Shown: positions 44,946-55,351, counted from the first letter of the stretch. The stretch: DNA of 64,000 bases from Candidatus Poseidoniales archaeon (GCA_038110525.1 JAYNJV010000003.1:7644-71643); one strand, 5' to 3'. Made by a program: numbers and translations. Notes: generated by a model not told the origin, from the sequence alone.

Positions 44946-46382
44946 ATGGTCATTTCATCTGAACACAGTGGGCGTGCAGATTTCTCAAATCGATACCTCG
45001 ATTCTCGAAAAATTGCCAAGGCGATTGACCTTGCCATCAACGAGGGTGCTCAATACGCAGAAGCTCGACTGGTTGCCCTCACTGAAACTGACATAAAGAT
45101 GAAAGATGGACAAATCGAATCAGCAGTTCCAGGCCAGCAAGTTGGACTTACGCTGAGGGTTCTTGTCGATGGTTCCTGGGGAATTCATTCAACCACTGAC
45201 TTTCACCAAATTCACGAACAAGTACCATCAACAGTAAAACTTGCCAAGGCTGTTGCAAATCGAAGGGCATCAAATGTCCCTCCAATCGATCTCGCAGAGG
45301 TACCAATCTACCAAGATGAAGTTCATTGGCAAACAAAAAAGGATGTTCGAACGACTGAACTCGAGGAAAAATTAGGTTATATGCGTGAATTTACATCCTC
45401 TGTTCATCACGATTCCATTCAATCGGTGAAGTGCGGTTGGATGGATGAACACATTCACACCGAATTGGTCACTTCAGAAGGCATGGATAGAGTTTGGTCT
45501 TTTCAACGCACATTGATGCATGCGACATTAGAGGGGCGTTCAGGGACCAATGTCATGTCATACAGAACCCGAGTAGGAGGTGAAGGTGGTGTCGAAATCA
45601 TCGAAAATGCAGATTTAGATGCCCTTGCTACGAAAGCTGAAAAATCCACTGTACGACTTCTAAATGCAAGTTCAGCACCATCAGGAAAAATGCCTCTTGT
45701 AGCAGACCCTGACCTCACCGGAGTCTACATCCACGAAGCACTTGGGCACCCTTGTGAAGCAGATTTAGTGGCTGCTGGTGATTCTTGCCTTGATGGGAAA
45801 CTTGGGCAGAAGATAGGTAGTGACATTGTGACCGTTGTTGATGACCCTACGCTACGTGGCGGTTACGGAGCATTTCCTATCGATGATGAGGGCTTGAACA
45901 CGCGTGAAAAATTATTGATTAAGAACGGCGTTCTCACCGAATATCTCAATCACAGAGAAACAGCACATCATTTTGGAATTGAACCAAATGCTGGGGCAAG
46001 AGCACAAGATGGATTGCACCATCCAATGGTACGAATGTCAAACACAATTATTCAAGGTGGAACTCACAAAGACCTTGACGACCTCCTTGCAGACATCCAG
46101 TTTGGCGTTTATGCATGTGGCTCAAGAGGTGGCCAAGTTGACACTGGACGTGGTTCATTCCAATTTTCTGCACAAGAATCATGGCTCATTGAAAATGGTG
46201 AATTAACGACTCCTCTCAAAGACGTGAGTGTGAGTGGAATGACCCTTGAAATTCTCAATAACGTGGACGGATTAACAAAAGATGCTACTATCGCTTCACC
46301 AGGTTTCTGCGGTAAAGGACAAACAGTTCCAGTTGGTGATGGTGGCCCACTTATGAGAATCAAAGAAGCTCTGGTTGGTTGA
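44946..46382 (+). CDS. tldD: TldD metalloprotease subunit
   Basis: HEALGHPCEAD, TVVDDP, DDEG, RMSNT, GFCGKGQTVPVGDGGP. Confidence 0.92.
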   Translation: MVISSEHSGRADFSNRYLDSRKIAKAIDLAINEGAQYAEARLVALTETDIKMKDGQIESAVPGQQVGLTLRVLVDGSWGIHSTTDFHQIHEQVPSTVKLAKAVANRRASNVPPIDLAEVPIYQDEVHWQTKKDVRTTELEEKLGYMREFTSSVHHDSIQSVKCGWMDEHIHTELVTSEGMDRVWSFQRTLMHATLEGRSGTNVMSYRTRVGGEGGVEIIENADLDALATKAEKSTVRLLNASSAPSGKMPLVADPDLTGVYIHEALGHPCEADLVAAGDSCLDGKLGQKIGSDIVTVVDDPTLRGGYGAFPIDDEGLNTREKLLIKNGVLTEYLNHRETAHHFGIEPNAGARAQDGLHHPMVRMSNTIIQGGTHKDLDDLLADIQFGVYACGSRGGQVDTGRGSFQFSAQESWLIENGELTTPLKDVSVSGMTLEILNNVDGLTKDATIASPGFCGKGQTVPVGDGGPLMRIKEALVG

Positions 46383-46385
46383 AGT

Positions 46386-47771
46386 ATGATTCCAACAGAT
46401 GCTCTCGATAGGTTGCTCCAAAAGGCAGATGTTATTGCTGATGCTTGCAAAAATGCAGGTGTTGAACAATGGGACATTATTGGTATGCAAACCTACAACG
46501 AAGGTGTCGAGATCGAAGCGGGAAAAATTAGCCTCGCCGGAGGCGGTGGTGACGGTGGTTTCGGCATTCGAGTGGTGGACCAAGGCCGCTTCGGCTTCGC
46601 CCATCTGGTCGATGTTCAGAACGTTTCTTCCGCAATTGAGTTAGCAAAAAAAATTGCAAATATCTCGCCGCAAATCCAAGGATTTGATTTACCTTCATTT
46701 GAATCAACAAAGAAGGTAGATGGTATGTTTGACAAATCCATTGTCGCTACCAGTTCAGAGGATTTGCTTCAAAATGCTGACGATATTCTTGCCCACGTTG
46801 CTTCAAAAAATGAGCATGCAATCGTCACGGGGGGCGGCATTGAAGTTTCAACCACAGCATCATGCCTCATCTCAAGTTCGGGCATTGAAGAATCCGGAGA
46901 ATCAACAATGAACTCAATTGGAGTGCAACTTTCTATAGAGAAAGATTCGTTTTCTTCAAGTTATGATCACCAAAGTTCAAGGGTCAAATTAGATGCCATT
47001 CCTCATTGTATTGACAACGCTCTTTATTGGGCTGAAATGACTCAAAATCCAATCAAGCACAATCTCTCTGCCGAAGAGGCACAAGTGATATTCACACCCT
47101 CTGCATTTTCAAGCCTGTTCAAATATATCGTGCCAAACTCTGTCATTGGCGAACGTGTAGCAAGAAATATTTCGGTTTGGTCAAACCAAATGGGTAAGCA
47201 GGTCATTGACCCTCATCTTACCATCACCAATAACGGACGATTGGAGGGTGGGCTTGCCTCTTCATCTCGAGATGATGAAGGCGTCCCAACACAAATTTTA
47301 CCACTGATTAAACAAGGAGTATTGATGAATACGTTGTGGTCCGTTCGAGATGCAGCAGAAATGGTTCAAGAAGGAAAAGTCGAATCGGCACAAACAACAG
47401 GTTCTGCGTTTCGGTCAAGTTATCAATCTCCACCTGCAACATCTTGCTCTGAAATGATATTAGAAACGACAAAAAAGCAACACAGTAGAGCTGAATTGCT
47501 CGACATTATCAACACTGGCTACATTATTCAAGATGTGATGGGTGCACATACTGCCAACCCCACATCTGGTGATTTTTCAGTCACCTCCAGCACAATTTTA
47601 CGAGTCGAAAATGGCGAGATTGTTGGACCGCTATCTCAGGCTGGAATTTCGGGGAACCTCATATCAGCGCTTCAGTCCAATGTTGAACTTGGCCACGAGA
47701 TTTCTGTCCGTGGACGATTCCATCTCCCAGATGTTGCTTTGCAATCAAATATCAAAATCAATCCTGCTTGA
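46386..47771 (+). CDS. tldE: TldE/PmbA subunit
   Basis: GFGIRVVDQGRFGF, DDEGVPT, GAHTANPTSGDFS; no HExxxH; follows tldD. Confidence 0.88.
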   Translation: MIPTDALDRLLQKADVIADACKNAGVEQWDIIGMQTYNEGVEIEAGKISLAGGGGDGGFGIRVVDQGRFGFAHLVDVQNVSSAIELAKKIANISPQIQGFDLPSFESTKKVDGMFDKSIVATSSEDLLQNADDILAHVASKNEHAIVTGGGIEVSTTASCLISSSGIEESGESTMNSIGVQLSIEKDSFSSSYDHQSSRVKLDAIPHCIDNALYWAEMTQNPIKHNLSAEEAQVIFTPSAFSSLFKYIVPNSVIGERVARNISVWSNQMGKQVIDPHLTITNNGRLEGGLASSSRDDEGVPTQILPLIKQGVLMNTLWSVRDAAEMVQEGKVESAQTTGSAFRSSYQSPPATSCSEMILETTKKQHSRAELLDIINTGYIIQDVMGAHTANPTSGDFSVTSSTILRVENGEIVGPLSQAGISGNLISALQSNVELGHEISVRGRFHLPDVALQSNIKINPA

Positions 47772-47943
47772 TTGCTTCATCACGTCTGCAATTTTTTGAA
47801 TAACATTGTTTATACCCTGTCGTCAATGGTATCTTTTACCATGGAGGTAAATGGAGTGTATTGTCTTCCCCAACCCGCACGAAAAACCATCGCCTGTCCT
47901 CTTGTCAGGCTTAGAGAACACACGCTTGACGGAGGCTTGTTTA

Positions 47944-49623
47944 ATGAGTGATTCAAAGTATTCAGATTACATTGATGCTGTATTGAAAGAAATTCCTGAT
48001 GCATCACCGGATGAGATTCATTCGGCCTTTGAAAAATATGAAAATGAATTTTATATTCCTCCTCAAGATGCATTGAGGTCTGTTTTACGTAAGTTTCAAA
48101 GTGAAACAGACACTCCTTCAAAGTCGAAACCAATTCAACAACGACAAACAAAAAAGGTTGTCCAATTCAATGAATTAAAGGGTGATGACAAAGATGTTGA
48201 AATCGAAGTCGCGGTGGTTTCTCACAATCTTCGTCAGCAACTCATTCGTGGTGAGGAACGACAAATCGCATTTGGAATGATTGAAGACCTTCCTTGGGAA
48301 GATGAACAAAAAAGAACAAGGTGGGAGTACAAGGATTGGGGCAGTAACTCTCAATTGCTCCCAGGTAGTATCATCCGACTCGAAGGAGCATCTGTCAATG
48401 AATATAATGGAAAAATGTCCATCAACATCAACCAAAGCTCAAGAATCGTTGTCCTTCAAGAAGGAACAGGTACAACGGTCAAAACCGAAGATCCACAAGA
48501 TATTGCTGAACTGCCAAACGATGGATATGTTACAGTTGTCGGCAGAGTTCTGTCCATTAAAAACGACCAAATTCATCGAAGAGATGGTTCTGGCTCAATT
48601 GACGTGGTTCGTGGTCGTATTGCGGATTCATCCGGACATATCGGTTTTCTTTCATGGGAACCATTTTCTCACGAAGTCGGTGCTTTGATCAAAATCTCTG
48701 GAGCACAAATTAAAACCTTTAGAGACACACCTGAATTAAATTTTGGACGAACGACAAAAATCGAACCATATCACGATTCTAAATTCTCTTCTGTTGACGA
48801 TTTGAAGCAATCCTCGATGACAACGATTTCAAACCTTCGAGATGGAACAAGAGATGCAGATGTTATCGTGCAAATTACGGATTGGATGAAACGTACATTT
48901 GAACGGGATGGAGAAGAGCGACACCTGTGGTCAGGACAAGCCATCGACCCTACTGGTTCGTGCAAAATGACGGTATGGGAAGAAGTTTCTTTTGATGCGA
49001 AAGACCTCCCAATATTTGTGAAAATAACCTCTGCTCGTGTTACCGCTTGGCAAGGTATTCCCGACATTATGGTTGATTCTGCCTCTCAATTGACCGTTCT
49101 TGAAGACCCCCCTTGGGAGGGAGACATCGATCCTGAATCTCATTTTGTCGAGGTGAAACTCGATGATTTAGTTGCTGGAGGCTCACGCGTTGGCATTGAA
49201 ACCCAAGGCACAATCGTGAGTGTGAAGGAGGATTCTGGCCTCATTTTGCGTTGTTCCGAATGCCGCAAAGTCATGAGGGAAGGACGCTGTTTTGAGCATG
49301 GTGAGCAACCAGGAGAAGAAGACATTCGATTACGCCTCATTCTTGATGCCCATGGCTCAACCGCATCTATTCTTGCTAACAAGGAGGCTTCTTTGCACTT
49401 GACTGGACTCGACGAAAAAGAATTCAAGAAGTCCATCGAGGCTGGTCAAGACCAGTTTATGATGGACTTGCGCTCTCGACTGCTCACTTCTTTTGCTGTG
49501 GTCAAAGGTAGGGCAATTATTGATGGACAGGGAGCCATGATTCTTGCATCAGAAATTAGTATCCCTGAACGAGATCCACAAATGAGGGCGACTGAATTAC
49601 GTGCATTGTGGGGGTGGGACTAA
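47944..49623 (+). CDS. rpa: Replication protein A (multi-OB-fold with zinc finger)
   Basis: Repeated OB folds (GRIADSSG, AIDPTG), CSECRK..CFEH zinc finger; GGAGG SD before ATG 47944. Confidence 0.85.
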   Translation: MSDSKYSDYIDAVLKEIPDASPDEIHSAFEKYENEFYIPPQDALRSVLRKFQSETDTPSKSKPIQQRQTKKVVQFNELKGDDKDVEIEVAVVSHNLRQQLIRGEERQIAFGMIEDLPWEDEQKRTRWEYKDWGSNSQLLPGSIIRLEGASVNEYNGKMSININQSSRIVVLQEGTGTTVKTEDPQDIAELPNDGYVTVVGRVLSIKNDQIHRRDGSGSIDVVRGRIADSSGHIGFLSWEPFSHEVGALIKISGAQIKTFRDTPELNFGRTTKIEPYHDSKFSSVDDLKQSSMTTISNLRDGTRDADVIVQITDWMKRTFERDGEERHLWSGQAIDPTGSCKMTVWEEVSFDAKDLPIFVKITSARVTAWQGIPDIMVDSASQLTVLEDPPWEGDIDPESHFVEVKLDDLVAGGSRVGIETQGTIVSVKEDSGLILRCSECRKVMREGRCFEHGEQPGEEDIRLRLILDAHGSTASILANKEASLHLTGLDEKEFKKSIEAGQDQFMMDLRSRLLTSFAVVKGRAIIDGQGAMILASEISIPERDPQMRATELRALWGWD

Positions 49624-50543
49624 TGGAGCAACGACAAATTGTTCGGCAACCAAGCGAGCTTATGCTCGCTTCTGAATTTGGAAGTTCCCATCTGCACGAA
49701 AAAGGACCTGGTGAATATGACCCTACTTTTGTCATCACGAAACTTGGTTGTAAAGTCAACAGAATCGTAGTCGCAGGACTGCTCGAAAGACTTGAAGTAA
49801 GGGAAACTTCAAACGGAACTCAAATGTATCAAGGTCAAATTCGAGACCCCACAGGTTTGTTTTACTTTTCAATCGGCGAATATTCGTCTTTATCACTTCA
49901 AGAGTTAATTCACCAACTTCATGAACGAGTGTCATCAAGTGAACCCATTCTCGTTGGTTTGATTGCGAAAACAAGGTGGTATCAATCTGAGGATGGAGGG
50001 GTATACACTTCTTTACGACCTGAGGAGATGACCGAGATCACTCGACAAAAGTATGCAAATTGGCTCCTTGATGCTGCAGAATCAACCTACAATAGAATTC
50101 AATACTGGTCATCATCTCTTGAGGTTGAAGCAACCTTGGAAGGCTTTTCAAACACGGACATTCCTCAACGCCTCCATCAATCCATGGTGGCTGCTCGACA
50201 CCATTATGGCGAGGTCGACCTCGAGGTTTTCAAACTAAATGTCATGCAAGCACTCGATATTGCTGAAGGAAAAATCGAAGCAGCAACAACACCCCCGCCT
50301 GAAATCCGTTTACCAATCAATGAAGAGACTGACTCAGGTGATCAATCGGTTGGTGACCTCATCAAGACGGTCATCTCACACTTCGACCAAGGCGAAGGCG
50401 TTCAATATCAAACCATCATGTCAAATACGATGTCCAAAGGATTCGATCGGGAAACCACTGAGGAAGCCATTGACCATTTGATTCAAAATGGCGTGATTGA
50501 AGAACCACGTTTTGGTTGGTTCATTATGATTCATGGCCAATAG
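49623..50543 (+). CDS. RPA-associated OB-fold protein with C-terminal winged helix
   Basis: PTFVITKLGCKVNRIVVAG, IRDPTG, SLRPE, IDHLIQNGVIEEPRFG; coupled to rpa. Confidence 0.82.
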   Translation: MEQRQIVRQPSELMLASEFGSSHLHEKGPGEYDPTFVITKLGCKVNRIVVAGLLERLEVRETSNGTQMYQGQIRDPTGLFYFSIGEYSSLSLQELIHQLHERVSSSEPILVGLIAKTRWYQSEDGGVYTSLRPEEMTEITRQKYANWLLDAAESTYNRIQYWSSSLEVEATLEGFSNTDIPQRLHQSMVAARHHYGEVDLEVFKLNVMQALDIAEGKIEAATTPPPEIRLPINEETDSGDQSVGDLIKTVISHFDQGEGVQYQTIMSNTMSKGFDRETTEEAIDHLIQNGVIEEPRFGWFIMIHGQ

Positions 50544-50588
50544 TTTGACCCGTCAAATTGAATACCTTCACTTAACCTCCCTTGCTCA

Positions 50589-50942
50589 ATGGCTGGCATC
50601 GATTTCTTTATTCGTCCCGCGACCTCAACTTCCAGTTCGGATTGGATGCGAATTCCAAATGCTGATATTCATGTCCGAATGACGAGAAGACTCACTCGAA
50701 CTGTTCTCCGTGGGGGTGAAGGCGATGACCTACATGATGAGGGTTCAGAATCTTCCGTGTATAGCGTTCGTGGTGAATTAAATATGGATGATTACAAGAA
50801 AATCGTTGCCATGTTTCGTACTGGTCAACCGTTCATCCATGACCCATTTGATGAACGAGATGTCAAAGTTATTTTTTCGGTTTTAGAATACGATAGTCAA
50901 GACGGTTCATTTGTGTTTGAATTTATTGAAGATGTAATTTGA
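50589..50942 (+). CDS. Small hypothetical protein, possible phage tail-tube/DNA_circ_N-like fold
   Basis: RRL..TVLRGGEGDDLHDEGSES..YSVRG...DDY...IHDPF...V...FEFIED; first gene of the Tad-like operon. Confidence 0.6.
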   Translation: MAGIDFFIRPATSTSSSDWMRIPNADIHVRMTRRLTRTVLRGGEGDDLHDEGSESSVYSVRGELNMDDYKKIVAMFRTGQPFIHDPFDERDVKVIFSVLEYDSQDGSFVFEFIEDVI

Positions 50943-50952
50943 TGGTGAAACA

Positions 50953-51534
50953 ATGCGAAGCCTTCAGGAAAAAAGAGAACTTCTCTATGTCATTCGAACG
51001 TTGGATGTGCTCATTTCTTCAGGTGTTGGTTTAGAAGCAGCTTTGCATACCATCGGAAAGGGCGGTTATGGCGTTATTTCTGAAGACTTTTCAAGCATGA
51101 TGGAACGACTGACTTCAGGTAAAACACGTGGATTAGGTGATGAACTTAAAGCACTTCAAAAGACTGCTGAATCCAAGGGTTACCAACGGCTCCTTAACAC
51201 ACTCTACACGAATGTTACCCAGAACACTGACCTTGTTGATACACTCAAAAAGCAAGGTGCAAGAATGGAAGAAGAGCGAACCGAAGAAGTGGAAAAATAC
51301 ATCGAAACACTTGGAGGCGTTCCGGAATCACTCTTATCAATCGGTATGATTGGCCCAATTATCCTCGCCATCATTGGTCTTGTTCCACAAATCATGTCTG
51401 GCGACCTCGGTGCATTCATGAGTTTACCCGATGCGGCTGTAATGAATTCGGTGGTCAATGTTGGACTTATTCTGACGCTCGTTGCTATGTTTTTCATTGG
51501 CTTAAAGGCACACACGAAGGACCCAGGGCTGTGA
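50953..51534 (+). CDS. Type II secretion F-domain (TadB/TadC-like) membrane platform protein
   Basis: ISSGVGLEAAL..IG..GYGVISEDF, two C-terminal TM helices. Confidence 0.8.
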   Translation: MRSLQEKRELLYVIRTLDVLISSGVGLEAALHTIGKGGYGVISEDFSSMMERLTSGKTRGLGDELKALQKTAESKGYQRLLNTLYTNVTQNTDLVDTLKKQGARMEEERTEEVEKYIETLGGVPESLLSIGMIGPIILAIIGLVPQIMSGDLGAFMSLPDAAVMNSVVNVGLILTLVAMFFIGLKAHTKDPGL

Positions 51535-51540
51535 TACCTT

Positions 51541-52272
51541 ATGATACCACGAATCTTAGAATCCTTCAATGACTCGCCATTGATGCTGTATATCCTCATC
51601 GTTGCAGTCGCCTGTATTGGTGGTGGGATTCCACCGATGCTTGAAAGAAAAAGAAGAAGAGATATCGAAAATCAACTTCCTGGTTTCCTTGAAGCCCTCT
51701 CTGATTCCGTGGGTGCTGGTCGAGGCCTTCAAGAAGCAATGATGGAGCAAGCGGATTCATCCCCAGGTTTGCTCACCTCGATACTCAAAGATACATTACG
51801 AGAATCACACTCTTCTTCATTTGAAGCAATGTTAGCTTCATTTGCTGCAAAAACTCGTTCAACCCAAGTTCAAAGGGTTATGGTTTTGGTTGAAACTGCA
51901 CTACAGCAGGATGCTCCGTTACAACCAATACTTGCGGACTTAAGTCGTGATTATGAACGATTGAACGATCTCATGAATCAAAGAGAAGTAGAATTACAAG
52001 GAAGAGGCATCCTTATTATTCTCTTTGTAAGTATTGGCTTACCAGTACTTATTGCGTTTATTGTAGGATTATTTGCCCCTGCAAGCAAAGGGTATCAAAT
52101 CTCAGAATTCAATTCGACATTTGCTATGTTTTTTGCCGTCGCTTCAGTGATCGGAGTTGGTGTTACTGGACGAATGTTAGGTAGGCTCAAGGATATGCTA
52201 TGGTGGCTTCCATTGTGGATGGTTCTTTCAATGGGACTCTACCTTGGTGCCGTAAAAGCAATTGGAGGATGA
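51541..52272 (+). CDS. Type II secretion F-domain (TadB/TadC-like) membrane platform protein
   Basis: RRRDIENQLPGFLEALSDSVGAGRGLQEAM, multiple TM helices. Confidence 0.85.
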   Translation: MIPRILESFNDSPLMLYILIVAVACIGGGIPPMLERKRRRDIENQLPGFLEALSDSVGAGRGLQEAMMEQADSSPGLLTSILKDTLRESHSSSFEAMLASFAAKTRSTQVQRVMVLVETALQQDAPLQPILADLSRDYERLNDLMNQREVELQGRGILIILFVSIGLPVLIAFIVGLFAPASKGYQISEFNSTFAMFFAVASVIGVGVTGRMLGRLKDMLWWLPLWMVLSMGLYLGAVKAIGG

Positions 52273-52278
52273 AGAACA

Positions 52279-53520
52279 ATGTCAGAACAAATAATTGACC
52301 AATATGGAAGAGTAACGATATACACTGAACCGAATCACCCTTCTCCGATTTATCATGTTGAGGGGGATATTCAAGCCAACCCTTACGGAGATTTGGCTGC
52401 ACTGCTTGAGGATGATGCACTTGAAGAAGTGATGTACAACGGAGGTACACAATGTGTAAAAGTTGCACATCGAGACCATGGAATGTGTCGAACGAATATC
52501 TGGATTGATGATGATTCTGGCCAAATTATTTCCAAAAATATTGCATCGTTCACGAATGTTCCTTTAGGCGATGGTCCCGGCATGGTGCCGATTTTTGATG
52601 GAAGGCTCCCCGATGGTTCTCGTGTCAATGGAACAATACCTCCAGTTTCACCTGATGGCCCAACATTGACGATTCGTAAATTTAGAGAAGACCCGCTTAC
52701 GATGATTGATTTAATCAAATTTGGAACGGTCAACCCAAGATTGGCTGCTATGATGTGGGTGTGGATTGAGGGCCTCGACAGCAGACCTGCAAATTTCGTT
52801 ATTGCAGGAGGGACTGGGTCAGGTAAAACCACCACTCTCAATTGCCTTGGAATGTACATTCCTTGGCACAGAAGATTACTCACTGTAGAAGACACCGCTG
52901 AATTGCAAGTTTACCACGACCACTGGTTAAGGATGGAAACACGAAGAGAACGACCTGATGGTACTTCTGAAATTGACATGAACGACTGTTTGAAATCAAG
53001 CCTGCGTATGCGCCCTGACCGAATCATCGTTGGTGAAGTTCGTGGTCCCGAATGTGCAACATTACTCACCGCTATGAACACTGGTCACGACGGTTCGTTC
53101 GGCTCATTGCACGCAAATACTGCTCAAGAAACTGTGACGAGAATGATCAATCCGCCAATGAATGTCCCCTCAATTATGTTGACTGGGCTTGACCTCATTA
53201 TCATCCAAGCACGATTGCATGTGAATGGAAGAACCGCCCGTAAAATCACAGAGGTTGCGGAAATTGCAGGTATGGAAGGAGATAAGCCAAGACTAAATGC
53301 AATCTGGAAATACAACGCAGCGACCGACCAAATTGAAGAGACAGGTATTCCTTCGAAACTGCGAGAGACGATATGTAGCGCTGCTGGAGTAACTCCCGAT
53401 GTTTTTGAAAAGCACGTTCGACAACGACAACAGATTCTCGAAAATTTACTTGAAAGGGATGTTCGAGATATTGCCACTGTCACTCAAGTGATTCAGAATT
53501 TCTATGCTTCACAGCATTGA
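52279..53520 (+). CDS. CpaF/TadA-family pilus assembly ATPase
   Basis: RLPDGSRVN, TIRKF, AGGTGSGKTT, VEDTAEL, LRMRPDRIIVGEVRG, AMNTGH..SLHAN. Confidence 0.93.
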   Translation: MSEQIIDQYGRVTIYTEPNHPSPIYHVEGDIQANPYGDLAALLEDDALEEVMYNGGTQCVKVAHRDHGMCRTNIWIDDDSGQIISKNIASFTNVPLGDGPGMVPIFDGRLPDGSRVNGTIPPVSPDGPTLTIRKFREDPLTMIDLIKFGTVNPRLAAMMWVWIEGLDSRPANFVIAGGTGSGKTTTLNCLGMYIPWHRRLLTVEDTAELQVYHDHWLRMETRRERPDGTSEIDMNDCLKSSLRMRPDRIIVGEVRGPECATLLTAMNTGHDGSFGSLHANTAQETVTRMINPPMNVPSIMLTGLDLIIIQARLHVNGRTARKITEVAEIAGMEGDKPRLNAIWKYNAATDQIEETGIPSKLRETICSAAGVTPDVFEKHVRQRQQILENLLERDVRDIATVTQVIQNFYASQH

Positions 53521-55272
53521 TCATCCTTGTAATCGATTGAGAATTTCATCGATTTTGCTCAATCGACCCTTGGCTTTCTCAACGTTTTGGTATGCTGAAC
53601 TCACCGCTTCAGCCACTTCGTGCTCAGGTTCTTCATCAGCCCGTTCCGGTTTCTTAAATTTAGCAGCCAAGGCTTTCAATTCTTGAACGATAGCGTCAAC
53701 TTCGGTTTCTGAAACTACAATACCTGGGGCAATTCTTGGTATATCAGATGGAGAAATATAGCCTAATTCAGCCCCGATGATACCAGCAGATGCGAGGATA
53801 CGTGGTCGTAAATTAGCTGTGTTCACTTCGTAGCCCTTCTTTTCGAGGAAGCGAATGATAAGACTCTGATGGTTTTCATCGAATCCATCCTCGATGGTGT
53901 CCATGACTTTTTGAACCAATTCTTCAAACGATTCAATATTCCTCTCCAATCGAGCAATCGTTTGACGTTCTTCTTCTGGAAAATGGACCGCACCTTGATG
54001 TAAAATTTTCAACACTCGATTTCTTCGTTGAATTGTTGGATCATGCAATGCTTGAGTTTCTGCGAGTTCCAAATGTAAATCAAACAATGCGTGAAGTCGT
54101 CCAGAAACACCCGGGACTCGTAAGTCGAGTCCATGTTCTCTGCCTAACTGTTCAAATTCAACCCTGGCTTTTACGATATCATTTGCATGAAGAGCAAGGA
54201 TGTTTTCAAGTTGGTCTCGGAGCAGCCCTCGGATATCTTCGAAGGTACGCAAGGCTTCTCTTTCGGCCCAAGAATCTGGTCGACTCGAAATTTTTTGGTC
54301 TTCTTGTTTTATTCTGAAGTCCATCTCCATCACGATGGTGCGAATTTCATGCTGAACTGCATCCAATTCAACGGCAAATCCATGACTTTGCAAAGATTGA
54401 ATAAAACTCATCAAATCAGTTTCATTACTTGTTGTGCTTATTGATAAGAAATCTCTTGCCATCGCATGAATTTCTGCTTTCCTATCTTGCACCTCAAGAA
54501 GGGCAGTTTCAACTTCAAGCGAATGATGTTGAGGTAATTGTGGAGTTTGAACCATAGGAGGAACACGCACTTCATCCACATCGATGGTCGCATCCAATTG
54601 TTCTTGAACAACCAAATCAATGTCTGACCTCGTTGATGGCATCGTCGATGTTGAGACGGCTGAGCGCAATTCAACTTCATCCTCAAAAGTCCATTCACCT
54701 GCATGACCTTCGACAAACTCTTCAACCGTTTGAGGAACACTTTGTTGGTCGATAATCGGGGTGAGTGGTATACTACGAACTGGAATTTTAATTTCTTCCT
54801 TTGGTCGTCGTAGACTCTTTTTCACACGTCCCCATGCACCTTCTTGTGAGGCTAAAACACCTGCGACTCGAGCAAGTAAAGCCTGTTTGGAACCTGATAA
54901 AGGTAATTCAAATATCTTACACAATGCGTGAAGTTCATCCCTCGTCATATCATCGAGTTTTTCCACGATGAATTGTTTTGGGTCGTGATTCAAATGGAGA
55001 TACAATCTTTGTCTTCTTGCTTTTATCGACCCAGATTTTTTGATTCCAAAAACACCAAGCAATTCGCCAAGGTCATAGTTTGACATATCACGAATCGAGT
55101 CTATGGAGAAATCCCAATCTGATAGCACAAGTTCTGAAATCAATCTCATTCGAAGAGTTTCGACGGAACCTGACTTCAAAATGGAATACTTTGTTGCAAT
55201 ATCTTTGAGTTCTTCAAATCGTGCTTGGTAGAGTGTTGCCAGCATATCCGCTTTGTCGAGCACCACGACCAC
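53521..55272 (-). CDS. Protein with three SAP-like motifs and a helical C-terminal region
   Basis: ELKDIA..SGSVETLRMRL, DLGELL..KSGSIKARRQRL, ELHALC..SGSKQALLARV. Confidence 0.72.
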   Translation of the reverse strand: MVVVLDKADMLATLYQARFEELKDIATKYSILKSGSVETLRMRLISELVLSDWDFSIDSIRDMSNYDLGELLGVFGIKKSGSIKARRQRLYLHLNHDPKQFIVEKLDDMTRDELHALCKIFELPLSGSKQALLARVAGVLASQEGAWGRVKKSLRRPKEEIKIPVRSIPLTPIIDQQSVPQTVEEFVEGHAGEWTFEDEVELRSAVSTSTMPSTRSDIDLVVQEQLDATIDVDEVRVPPMVQTPQLPQHHSLEVETALLEVQDRKAEIHAMARDFLSISTTSNETDLMSFIQSLQSHGFAVELDAVQHEIRTIVMEMDFRIKQEDQKISSRPDSWAEREALRTFEDIRGLLRDQLENILALHANDIVKARVEFEQLGREHGLDLRVPGVSGRLHALFDLHLELAETQALHDPTIQRRNRVLKILHQGAVHFPEEERQTIARLERNIESFEELVQKVMDTIEDGFDENHQSLIIRFLEKKGYEVNTANLRPRILASAGIIGAELGYISPSDIPRIAPGIVVSETEVDAIVQELKALAAKFKKPERADEEPEHEVAEAVSSAYQNVEKAKGRLSKIDEILNRLQG

Positions 55273-55351
55273 CGAAACGATTGCGGTGATTGAAGTATAT
55301 GTGTTTTCGGTGTCCTAAGATGGAAAAAGTGGCTACTTTTCGGGTATTTTC

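Noticed and set aside
50589..50942. Prophage remnant
   Set aside because: No integrase, capsid, terminase, att repeats or visible compositional shift; the gene sits in a cellular operon
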